DNA of 64,000 nucleotides from Camelus dromedarius (Eukaryota): contig NC_087436.1 in assembly GCF_036321535.1 (NCBI RefSeq), positions 110,858,001-110,922,000 of the forward strand. Reading direction: 5' to 3'. This document shows positions 53,093 through 64,000 of this stretch, one piece after another. The position numbers and the translations under genes are program-made. The notes under the pieces were generated by a model that made no database searches, was not told the origin of the DNA, and worked only from the letters and a program-made list of their open reading frames with translations. Position 1 is the stretch's first letter. The number at the start of each line of letters is the position of its first letter.

Positions 53093-53509
53093 TCTAAGTC
53101 CAGTTAAACAGAAAGAGAAAGAAAAATACCATATAATATCACTCATATGTGGAATCTAAAAATCAAACAAACAAACAAAAATCAGAAGATAAATGAACTT
53201 AAATATAAAACAGAAACAGACTCAGAGACATAGAATACAAACTTGTGGTTGCCAGAGGGGAGTGGGGTGGGTAGGGACAGACTGGGAGTTTGAGATTTAT
53301 GGATACTGACAGGTATATATAGAACAGATAAACAAGTTTATACTGTATAGCACAGGGAAATATAGTCAAGATCTTGCACTAGCTCACGGTGAAAAAATGA
53401 ATATATGTATATTCGTGTATGACTGAAAAACTGTGCTGTACACCAGAAACTGACACAACATTGTAAACTGACTGTAACTCAATAAAAATTAAAAATTTTT
53501 TAAAAATTT
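53093..53509 (+). mobile_element. Young L1 3' UTR fragment B
   Basis: 'gaaagagaaagaaaaataccat...ttgtaaactgactgtaactcaataaaaa'; flanked by aaaaatgaggacatgcat. Confidence 0.9.
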
Positions 53510-53744
53510 AAAAATGAGGACATGCATGTGCAAGAACAGAAGCAGGACATTCTCATTACAAGGTGGCTTCTGGGGACCACGGAATATTCTGTTTCTTTAT
53601 TTGGGTGCTGGTTACACAGGTATGGCCAGTTTACAGAATTTGTGGAGTAGTACACTTAGGGCATGTGCACTTGTCTGGATGTACACTGTACTCAAATTAA
53701 AAATCTTTTAGAAGTCAGTCTATTCCAAAACCATTTATTTTATC

Positions 53745-53930
53745 TGAGTAGTCGTCAAATCTTTTCTTTAAAAAAACTAGTGAACATTTTAGCCTTTATG
53801 AGACATCACCTCTTTTTTGTATGTGGGGAAGAAAGGGGAGAGGTTGTTTGGTTGGTTTTTTTTTACAACCTTTTAAAAATGAAAAATCATTTTTAACTTG
53901 AGAGCTGTGCAAAAAAAGGTCATGGCTAAC
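53745..53930 (+). mobile_element. MER58-like hAT-Charlie MITE
   Basis: 'tagtgaacattttagccttt...ttacaaccttttaaaaatgaaaaatcatttttaacttgagagctgtgcaaaaa'. Confidence 0.55.
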
Positions 53931-54589
53931 ATATGAAGTCAGGAGAACTTGGGATCACCAAGGGAGTGAATGCAGATAGAGAAGAGAACCACAGACTGAA
54001 CCCTAGGGCCTCCAACATAAATTACACCTATTAAACCTATTAACATGGTGAATTATATTACTAAATTTCCTAATATTAAGCCTTTTTCCACTTCTGGCTT
54101 GGTCATGGTGCTTTATTCTTTAATATGCTGCCAAGCTTTCTTTGCTAATGCCTTATTCAGGATTTTTCATTTTTATTTATAAAATGAGACAGTTTCGTAA
54201 TTTCCTTTTTTGTAAAATTTTTCTTAAGCTTTGTTATCAATGTTGTACTTACATCACAAGAACTGATTTGGAAATTTTCCTTCTTTTTCTATCCTCTAGA
54301 ATAGATAAAACAGCAATGAGAGTATCTGCACTTTAAAGTTTTCATAAAAGTTTTCTATAAATCTGTCTAGGCCAAGTGTTTTGTTTTTTGGAGGGTAGAG
54401 GTGAGGTAAATCTTTTTGATAATAGCAGTAATTTTACATAGGGTTTACTCTTTGCCAGAACTTGTTCTAAGAATCTACACATATTAATTCATTTAGTAAC
54501 AACCTAATAAGGTATTATTGTTATCATTATTATATCATCATCATCTCCATTTTACATCTGAGAAAACTGAAGCAAGAGAGGTTAAATCA

Positions 54590-55080
54590 AGGGGGGAAAT
54601 ACCACACTGTATATTTAACAGATGGAATTCAGGGTGGGGAATTCATTACACAGGTATTCTAAGGCTGAAGGAGCAAGAAGGGAATATTGAGGCAGAGCAA
54701 GAATTAACTGTAGACGGCTGGTACCACTCTTAGGGATGCAGCAACAGAGAGGAGAGTGAGGTTACAAGAACCTAGGAGCTCAGAGGAAGGGCCAAGCAGA
54801 ATGGAGGCTCTGACCTGAGGAGCATGATGCAGCTGCTTCCACGGATCCCCTCAGAAGCAGAAGGGTGAAAACTAATCATCCTGGGTAACAAACAGAAACG
54901 GCAACAAATCAAAAGCTCATTCTCTACAGCTCCTGACTTCCACCTTCTCAGTGCTCCCTATCAATAGAGGGCAGCTGCAGGCAAAGGAACCTTCGAACTG
55001 TAGTTCGCAAAGGCCCAGCCCCAGCATCAGAGAACTACATGTAGAAGGACAGATTCGGAGCTCAGGGGCAATGGATGAGG
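54590..55080 (-). mobile_element. Ancient ERVL-class LTR (LTR33-like) interrupting a MIR
   Basis: The MIR core 'gagaaaactgaagcaagagaggttaa' stops abruptly and GC-richer LTR-like sequence follows. Confidence 0.5.
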
Positions 55081-56512
55081 GAGCCCCGAGTTTTCTATTT
55101 CTCTATTTCTTTCCTATGGAAATTGGTCTCTTGGGATTTTCTTTCTCTTCCAGGTACTTTTCTCATAATTGACATGTCATGGTCTAAGTCGTATTTTCTT
55201 GGAAAATTATTATTTTCAAGTTTTAAAATTTATATAGAGTTGCACAAAATACCCTCTTACAATGTTTCAGTTTTCTCTTTTTGTTTTGTTTCCCCTTCTT
55301 GTCATTTCTCTTGTATATATGTACTTTCCTCCTTTTCTCTTAGATTATCTCATCCCTTTCACAAGAGTTTAAGTTTATCTTTTTCATTATGTTCTCCAAC
55401 CCCTTCCATCCTGCTTTTATTTTCATTAATACTTTCTTTTGGCTTTCCTTTGGTTTATTTTTTTTTCTTTTTCTATCTTTTGTGTCATATTTTTATGGTT
55501 TATTTTTATTGCTCTAAGTATTTACAGCTATAAATTTTCTTCTGAGAATGGCTTAACCCTAGGATTCTGATAGGCATTACTTTCACTAACTTGTTTCAAG
55601 AAATTCTGCATTTTCTGCTCAATTTTCCTTTTTCCTAAGGTCCTCTAATACAGCTTTAAAATTTTTTTTCATGGTGGAAAATCTTTTTCATTTTGTGCTT
55701 TTGCCATTAATTTCTAGTTTTACTGCACTGTGGTAGTGTAGTCCATTTGTTTTACTTCATTTTGGTATTGGAGCCTAATACATAGTCAATTTTATTACCG
55801 TTTCAAAGACATTTAAAAAATATATCAATGTATAGAGTTGAATATATATATATATCTCCCACCAGAGGTACCTCATTGATTACATTGTATAGGCTACCTA
55901 CATACCTATTTCTGTCCTGTTGATCTTAACACTAAAGAGATGAATGAAAACTTTCTACTGGCAGTGTTTTTGTCTATTCATTATTAATTGCCTCTCTTTT
56001 CTCCTTCATGAAGTTCTTATTTGGTGCAAATATAACTATGACAATTGCAACTTCGTTGTGGGCTGTATCCTTCAATACTATGTAACTGCTATATTTTCGT
56101 TGCAAATTGAATGGTTTTTTGGTCTCATTTAATGGTATCTGGGACTAAATTTTTTGATACATATTTTAGATTGCAATCCCTACTTACTTTTTATTTTTGG
56201 TTTTCGCTTATCTGCATAAATTTGTTTACCCTTTTAACATTTCACTAATTTGTGTTGTGTGTCTTTCAGTTTCAGCACAGAATTGGGTTTTATTTAGTGA
56301 TCCAATCTGAAGATCTTTCTTCTTTTAGTGGATGAGTTAAGCCCATTTATAATTATCGATTTACCACAGTTTTTGGTTTTAGTTTTGCCATGTTATAGGT
56401 AAGAGGGTAGATGGGGATAGATAGAAGCTTTTACTATGTGGTCTCATTTATTTCTTTTTTATAATTCTGATATTTTGGAAGGTTTGTATTTTGTTCCAGT
56501 GGTTACCCTTAG

Positions 56513-57025
56513 TCAGTGTTGGGGATCCCCAATAACATCCCATTTTGAATGATTCACAAGGAGGACTCATAGGACGCAGCTATAGTTGCTCTCAAGCTAC
56601 GATTTGTTACAGTGAAGGTATACAAACAAAACCAGCAAAGGGAAGAGGCACGTGGGCCAAAATGTTGAGAAAATCAGGCACAAACTTAAAGAGTTCTCTG
56701 ACAGTGGAGTCACACAGGAGGTGCTCAGTTCGTAATGTTACATGTGAAATGCTGTCTACCTCACAGCCCACTGGAGACTCAGTGCTCAAGATTTTTATTG
56801 GGGGCAAGTCACACAGGGCACCCTCTGCTTAGCATGTACCAAAATTCTAGGCTCTCAGAAAGGAAGCAGGTGTTTAGCATAAACCACAATGTCTGTACAG
56901 TGTAGCCACAGTAAGCCACTTTTACCAGTTGTGAAAGGTAGGAACCCTCTTGAAATCCAAGTTCCCAGGTACCAGCCAAGGACCAGCCTTTCAGGCAGGC
57001 TTTTAAAGGACAGCAGCCTCAATTC
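56513..57025 (-). mobile_element. MER68-like ERVL LTR
   Basis: Minus strand reads 'gaggctgctgtcctttaaaagcctgcctgaaaggctggtccttggctggtacctgggaacttggatttc'. Confidence 0.75.
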
Positions 57026-57529
57026 TCTTCCAACCATTTTTGTACCTATATTTTCACATTGTCAGAGCACGTAATATCAACGTGCTACACTGACAGTCTG
57101 ATCTTACCTATGATTTTGTCCTGTGGTTAAATGTGTTCAATGCTCACTAATTATTTCGCTGAAGTTTCCTCTACCATCTCTTAATAGATTGGACTTTGTC
57201 TTCTAGAAAATTCTCTTAAAAAGGGCTTATGTGAACAATATACCCTTAGCTTTTGCATGTTAAAAACTACAGACTTGAAAGACAGCTTTGCTGAATATAA
57301 AATTCCTGACTCAAATTTTTTCCTTGAATAAGCTGTAGATGTTGTTCCACTGTCACCTGAAATTCAATGTTGCAGTGGAAAATCTGATGGATGCTTGATT
57401 TTCTTTCTCTTACAGGTCACATAAGCTTATCTGTCTAATATACTGCTTCTTTACATCTACAGGCTACTGTGCTATGTTTTGGAATTGACCATTCTGGGTC
57501 ATTTTCCCATGGAATGTGACATACCATTT

Positions 57530-57898
57530 TGTTATGAATTAAATGATTGTGTCCCCTCTAACCTGTCACCAAATTTATTTGTTGAAATCTTAACCCTCAG
57601 TGTGATGGTACTAGGAAGTAGGGTCTTTGGAATATAATTAGGTCGTGACAGGTCCACCTAGTCATGGGATTAGTACCCTTACAAAAGGGACCCCAGAGAG
57701 GTCTCTCTGCTCTCCACCATGTGAGGATACTATGAGAAGACAGCCATCTTCAAACCAAGAGAAGGGTTCTCACCAGACTTCAGATCTGCCAGCACTTTGA
57801 TTTTGAACTTCCCAGCCTGCAGAACCATGAGAAATAAATGTTGTTTAATCCAGCTAGTCTATGGTAATTTGTTATAGCAGCCCAAACTGACTAAAATG
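57530..57898 (+). mobile_element. MLT1A-type MaLR solo LTR
   Basis: 'tgttatgaattaaatgattgtgtcccc...cagaaccatgagaaataaatg...gttatagcagcccaaactgactaa'. Confidence 0.85.
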
Positions 57899-60329
57899 TT
57901 TTTCAATATGTAACTTCAGATTTTCTCCTTTTTTCAGGAGAGTTTGTTTTTATTTGATAAATTATATTTTTATATAATTGCTCCATTACACTTTTTGGGT
58001 TTTTTCCTTTTGGAAACTCCAACTATGAATATGTTGGATTTCCTTTGTATTTATTCCATCTCTAGCTTTCTAATCATTGTATCTCTTTATTTATATTTCA
58101 TTTGCTTGTTTTTTCTCATTTCTTTTTTCTATGTCCCTTACTGTGCTTTCTAAACTATCTGTTCTGTTTTACTCTTTGAAATTCAGTCTTCACTTTGAAA
58201 TTATTTATTTTCTTCTCCTTCTTTCTTTTTTCTGAAATCTATCACCTTCTGCTTTGACTCCTCCAACAGTCTGGCCAATTCCTGTTGATTGTTTGGCTTT
58301 TCTTTGATTTCTTATATTTCTGATTTATTGCATTAATTTTTTTTAATTAACACTGAAATGTTGGATTATAATTTTCCTTTGCTTCATGAAACATTTTCCA
58401 ATGAGTGTTTTTCCTATACAGAGGAGTATTGGTGCTCTTTTGCACATTCTTCTTACAATGTTTTTGTTTGGATGCTGTCTTCAATATATTTTTCTTATTC
58501 ATATTTAAATGAGTCACATTTTCCTAGACCAGCTAGTAACAAGACAGCCAGTGAATAGTTTTCTAGGTTTCTATGTTCAAAAGTCCTCTCTGGTATTGCT
58601 AAAGTAGTAGACTATTTACAATATAATCCACATCTCCTTTGCCACTTAGAACCTAACCTGGTTCAGAAGAGCTTCTACCCACAATGCTAATATGCCCTTG
58701 CTTCCTATGCTTGCCACTGATACCAAGGGTGTATACCTTTCCCCTTCTAAGCTGTCCACTCCCTTTCAGAACACAGAATTTTCAAAGACAAGTCAGAGAC
58801 CTCTTGATTTCCCCAGATACTTTCTGCAACTTCTTTACCCACCTTCCTTAACAATTATTCCCTGTTCTATCTCAGTCCAGTTCACAACGCTTTCATTCAG
58901 AAAGGGAGGGGTCTGCTCCCTCTGGGAGTAAATATTTGCTTCTGATTTTTAATATCCACCGCTGCTACTCCTTTGTATGTTCCCCCATTATTCATCCTAC
59001 CTTCAGCCCCGACAGTCCCATCATTCCCTTGAAGGTGATGCTGATTTCATTTGCTTGGGCCACAGTAACTTAAGAATTTGTGAATTCTGTTTTCTAGCTT
59101 TGCTGAGACTCTAATTTTGTCTCTATTCACCTTATATATGATTTTCAAGAAGAAAAGAGCGGTAAGACTTACAGCTAAGGTGCCACCATGCTTCTATAAT
59201 ATCCACTTCAATGATTAATTTATTTCTACTGAAATTGTAGGTGCAAGAAGAACTGCCAATCCTGACAATAAAACTACTGGTCAAAAAGGAAGTCAATGCC
59301 CTGTATTTATGCTTGTAAAATTTCCAAAGTATTCTAATGATATCTCTGGGATGCCTTTTATACCTAATGTACTTCTTAAAGCCCACTGATCTGAAGTGTT
59401 GACTCTGTAAATATTTTTGTCTGAGCAATGTATAGTGGAATCATAATATCATCTTTCATAAGGATAATGCATGGTACTAAAAGCCCAGCTAATAGTGCAA
59501 TTCCCCATTTAATTATCTTCTCTGGCATAATATAACCACCTACTTTCAATTATTATACTCATCATAATTAAGTCATAGAGACACTCCGTCTCTGAATATG
59601 TCAATAGTACAATTTGAACAAAGGACAGTGAGTCAGAGAACAACTTGGGATGACTTTCCATTTACTGAAGCATTTTGCTCTTACAAAAAGTGCTCTGCTT
59701 TATACAGATTTTTTTTCATGCAGTAGCAGAGGCAAATTTCAAGTAAAGCATTTCAGGTAAGTGTCTACAAACGGTTCAAAAAGTTGCCAAAGGAGGTTGT
59801 ACAAACCTAGATTTGAATCCTAGTGTCTTTGCTTATCACCTATATGACTTCCAACACTTTACTTTCTTCAAATTTATATAACCCATGTGTCCAACCTTAT
59901 TACCCTGGGGTACACAGTGATGTCACTCTTTTAACACCCAAATAAGTACATCTAAAATCCCACCCTGTGAATATCAATCCATAGTCCCTCTAGATATTCC
60001 CTGAATTACAAGTGCTGCTTTCTCTATCCACAGCAGCAATCCCAGCTACAACTGTCAGAGAGTATCATCAGCCCATGCAAAGGGACCACTTCCATGATGG
60101 TGAGACACTAAGACCAGACAACCTGGGAAATTCCAGCAAATTCCTGATAATTGTCTTCACTGCTGCTTCTTACAACAGTTCCCCGGGGATCGGGATAGGG
60201 AAGGATTTTAGCATCAGTGATGTGCAAGATCCAGAACAAACCCTCCCATCCCAATTACTCAAATCACGGGCACACATATCCCCCTTTACTCACAAGGCAC
60301 ACCTTATTGTTCTTATCATTGCCATCATT

Positions 60330-60465
60330 ATGGTTAGTACGTAGTAAGCATTTAATAAACATTTGTTGGGTATATGGATGGATGGGTAGATAAATAGAGA
60401 GTAGCTTCCCCCTAGAGTTGTAAAATTAAATGAAAGAATGCGTGGAAAGCATCTAGCATAAAGTA
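60330..60465 (+). mobile_element. L2 tail followed by a MIR tail
   Basis: 'gtagtaagcatttaataaacatttgttg'; 'gagttgtaaaattaaatgaaagaatgcgtggaaagcatctagcata'. Confidence 0.6.
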
Positions 60466-63400
60466 CTATATGACCTTAAAAAAATGCCAGCATCCTATCA
60501 TTTCTAGTGGCAATGTTAAGTAATATCAAATCTCTAATTTATTACATGTTTCAAAACATGATTTTAAAAAGCAACAAACATCCACTTTTGAAATAAGAGT
60601 TAACCCCTTAGTGTCTATAGTTATAGATGTAAATGAAATTAGCAATTAAATTTTATTTCAATACCAACGACCTTGAAACTATACCTTCCAATTATGTAAA
60701 GCACCGCTTAAACAACGAATCCACAGACCTTGCTTCATCAGTCTGAACCACTGCACCTAGGGATTTTTAGTTCTTTTGAAAAAAGGTTTGTTTTCATCCT
60801 ACAGCTTGGGGGAAATAAGAAAATAAGACAAGGCAGCAACATTTTTCCATAGCCAGGAGGAAAGCATAAATTTATTTTTTTAATCTACTTGTATAAGCAA
60901 CAGTGTTCTAATTCTTTGTCATACTAATTTTCAGAGCTTTTCAAATAATTGTGAATTTCATCCAAATTTACACAGAATTTTATCGTACTTCTTTGAAAGC
61001 AGTCTCTTTAATAAATCATTTGTTTCATATTGTTATTATTAACTCTTGGTTCTAGATTGTGATTAATTATTAGAACCACTTTACTCCCAGGCTTTCAAAT
61101 GTAAACAATTCTACTTAGAGTTGTCTCATACTCTTTATGGTCTCCAGAGAATCTATAACTGTGATGACACATTGTAGGCATGAAATAAATATTTACAGAA
61201 TTAATGAAATGTGATACCACGTATATATCATTTCAGCAAATGGAACCACAGAACTATTGCAGAATAAGTTCCAAGCCTTTGCTTGCTTTCTCTTGAGTGC
61301 CATTTATAACAACTGTTAAAAAGAGAGTGTTCTAGAATTGGAAGTCATTATGCAGGTATAAAAATTTGGAGAACAGGGATTTTTAAAAATTAAAAGTGTA
61401 GTCTTGAATATGGGGAAAAAAGAGAATTTAACACACTTGCATATCCTTCCCCAGGGTTCCATGTAAATATGAACTCGGCAAGTCCCTTCATTAGACTGTC
61501 CATGCTTAAGAACTTGAGAATGAAAATGACCACACAACTTGATATTCATGTCAGGTTAGTTGCTAATCATCTTGTCAGGTCAGAAGCCAGACCATACTTC
61601 ACTCCTTAGGAGGGAGAAGAGGACTTCCCTGCAGAGAATATATCTTTCCTCTCAGTCATCCCATGAAAAGATTAATCCTAAACCAGAAAACAATCTGAAG
61701 ACTGAAAGATAGAAAGACTTCTTTTTCTATCTAAACTGAAAACCAACTGAAACTGAAACCAACTGGATAAACACTGTGAGCTCCAGGTAGGCTTGGCACA
61801 CATTGAGTACTGAATCTCTTGGCTACGTAAAACCGCACAGAAACCAGGTGGCTCCATGAAGCCTTGTGGTTTTGTGCAACAAGAGCCACAGACAAGGAAT
61901 AATATTCTGGAATTGCCAAATTTTCTAACCTCAAATTAATCAGACAGTTCTCGCTGCATTTTTGAGTGATAAAAGAAAACAACCAGATATGACCAGCTAG
62001 ACACCAGAAAATCCTGAGGATTAGAGAGTACGTCACTAGAGTCTCTAAGGAGAAATTGGATGGATGCTCTGCTTATATACAAGCCTTAGGGAATTCAGAA
62101 TTGTTGCATTTAGGAATATCAATCATTGTATTCCAACCTGAACATACCAGTGACCATTTGGGAAGAAGTATTAAATGGAACCTCTGAAAAGGCAGGCTTG
62201 AGATGTCAAAATAAAGAATTCTGTGCCATGGGAAGTATAGAGAGAGTGTAGAACAGTGATACTCTACAGATGTGGTATGTAGGAAGCAAAATCATTTAAA
62301 ACTATTTTTGTTAATTTAAATATAAACATTTTAAAAATTCTGACCTTTGAATATTTTATATCAATTTTCATTATAACCCTACATACTCTGACTGCTGAAA
62401 TACAGCATTCTAAAACTCATAAAATCATGGAATCTAAGAGTAAGAAGGGATTTCTGAGGGCAAGAGGGCCAATTTCCCCTCTATAACAATCCAGATTCCC
62501 TTATGTAACATCCCAAACCACAGGAACACAACATGAAAACGTGTTCTCAGGTGGTACTGATGATCTGTGTAGGATAAGCCAATCTTCTAATAATTATGAC
62601 TCAATCCTCTTACAAGGACTAATTAATAGGCTTCTTCACCAATTAATTACTACTAAAGAAAAACATATTAAATATCTTTTTAGAAGTCAAGTTCACCCTA
62701 AAGAAGAAAAAACAAAACTTCTGAATCTGAGGGCTTAGTAACCAGCATTTGTTTGTGGGTGTGGAGCACAGCCTCCGTTAGAATTCAGACTGAACTTTGG
62801 TCTATAATCTTGACGGAGACACACAACAGCGTTATTTTCTTAGCTCCTACAGCTTAACTTCTTTTCACGAATCATAGAATATTTTTAAATCTACAATAAA
62901 CATTTCTAGTGTTGGTGGTATGGCATTATGTTAATTTGGTTGTAAATCACTCACATATTCTAAGAAAATAAGAAGTGGGAGGGGGCTGGTCATGAATACT
63001 TTGGTTTGTCTTATTCTCTGCACTGTAGGATAATGTCTCAATAAGGATTTTAAATTTTTTGAAAGGAGCTTTTAAGTACTCACATAGTGCTAGCCCTATT
63101 TCACATACAGAAAGGGGCATACAAGACATGCAGATGGCTTTTAATTATGCACTGCTCCTGATAACACCATTTGGGGTTGGTTTATTGGCCTTTCTCCTCT
63201 GTCAGAAAGGATCAGCTTGGAGGATTTGGATCTTCAGTGCCTTGCATTTAAGACACTGCAATTCTTTAAGCTGCCGATACATTGTTAGGGCAGTGCTGAA
63301 AATAAAAAATTTGCTGTTGTAGAGAACCTCTTGGAAGGCGTGATTAGAACTATCTTAGATAAGGTGATGTTGTCTAGACTGGTTCCTGTGACACTATCCT

Positions 63401-64000
63401 GGATTCTCTAATTGGAAAACTAAAATGTTTCTCTGAGGATTGCTCCCATGGGTGTTCCAAACTTTAAGCTGTTTTGCATAGCTTCCAAAACAAAACACAT
63501 TTTTGCAGGGATGGAGGCTTTCAAAATTTCCATGATGAGTGAACGTTCTTTTCAAGTGTTTTGACAGAACTGCTGCCACAGATATTACTAGAATTCTACT
63601 CAGTACACAAAGTAGTTTTTAGCAGCATAAAAGTACTAGCGGAAATAAATGATAAATCTCTTAAGAAAAATGTGCTCAGCAATTTTAAACAGTTAACAAG
63701 ATGGAGTTCCTTGGGGGAAATTATGACAATGCTCTCTTTGTGGCAATTACTTGCCTTTGTATTGAGCTTGGCCTTAGTTTTTAGTCACCAAATAGAAAAT
63801 AAGAAATTACGATGTGGTGAGTTATAAAATACAAACCATAATAGAGTATGTGTGAGAAATATTTTTAGATAATTAAATAATAAGCCCTATCATCTGTCAG
63901 AAAAGAAGACAGAATGGAGGAAAAATTATTTAGGATTTTAAGTCCAAGTGACACAACATCACTACTAGAGGTCATGGGAAGAAGTTAACTGACAAAAATA

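Larger units (their letters stand above)
54040..58560 (-). mobile_element. Highly decayed old L1M with nested MIR and LTRs
   Basis: T-rich sequence with reverse L1 motifs ('cttggtcatggtg', 'tttctagttttactgcactgtgg', 'ttttgcatgttaaaa'). Confidence 0.55.

Noticed and set aside
55075..55533. 152-aa hydrophobic ORF as a membrane protein
   Set aside because: The F/L/S bias comes from T-rich antisense decayed L1 sequence.
1..64000. Short ORFs in the six-frame track as host genes
   Set aside because: All are 60-153 aa, many start at non-ATG codons and overlap repeats. None resembles a cellular protein I recognise, and I found no consistent exon chain.

Overview
Mammalian non-coding DNA, AT-rich and CpG-depleted. 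It is most likely from a camelid (alpaca, llama or camel), judged from a tRNA-derived Vic-1-type SINE at ~49.9 kb and cetartiodactyl-type L1 3' ends. I found no credible host protein-coding exon, RNA gene or prokaryotic system, so the window looks like a large intron or intergenic region. It is dominated by interspersed repeats: MIR, L2, CR1/L3, MaLR/ERVL/ERV1 solo LTRs, hAT-Charlie MITEs, and an ~11 kb nested L1 cluster at 26.3-37.4 kb. The ORFs with recognisable protein similarity are decayed L1 fragments. The most interesting observations are mechanistic: (1) a TSD-flanked L1 that keeps its 5' UTR but is internally deleted and scrambled; (2) two L1s inserted at the same target site; (3) a young L1 whose 5' end lies almost in register with the older L1 it interrupts; (4) a perfect 41-bp duplication; (5) a few repeat-free candidate regulatory or exonic islands. 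I do not see support for a previously undescribed biological system. Repeat family names come from my memory of consensus sequences, and boundaries are approximate unless TSDs or termini are quoted.
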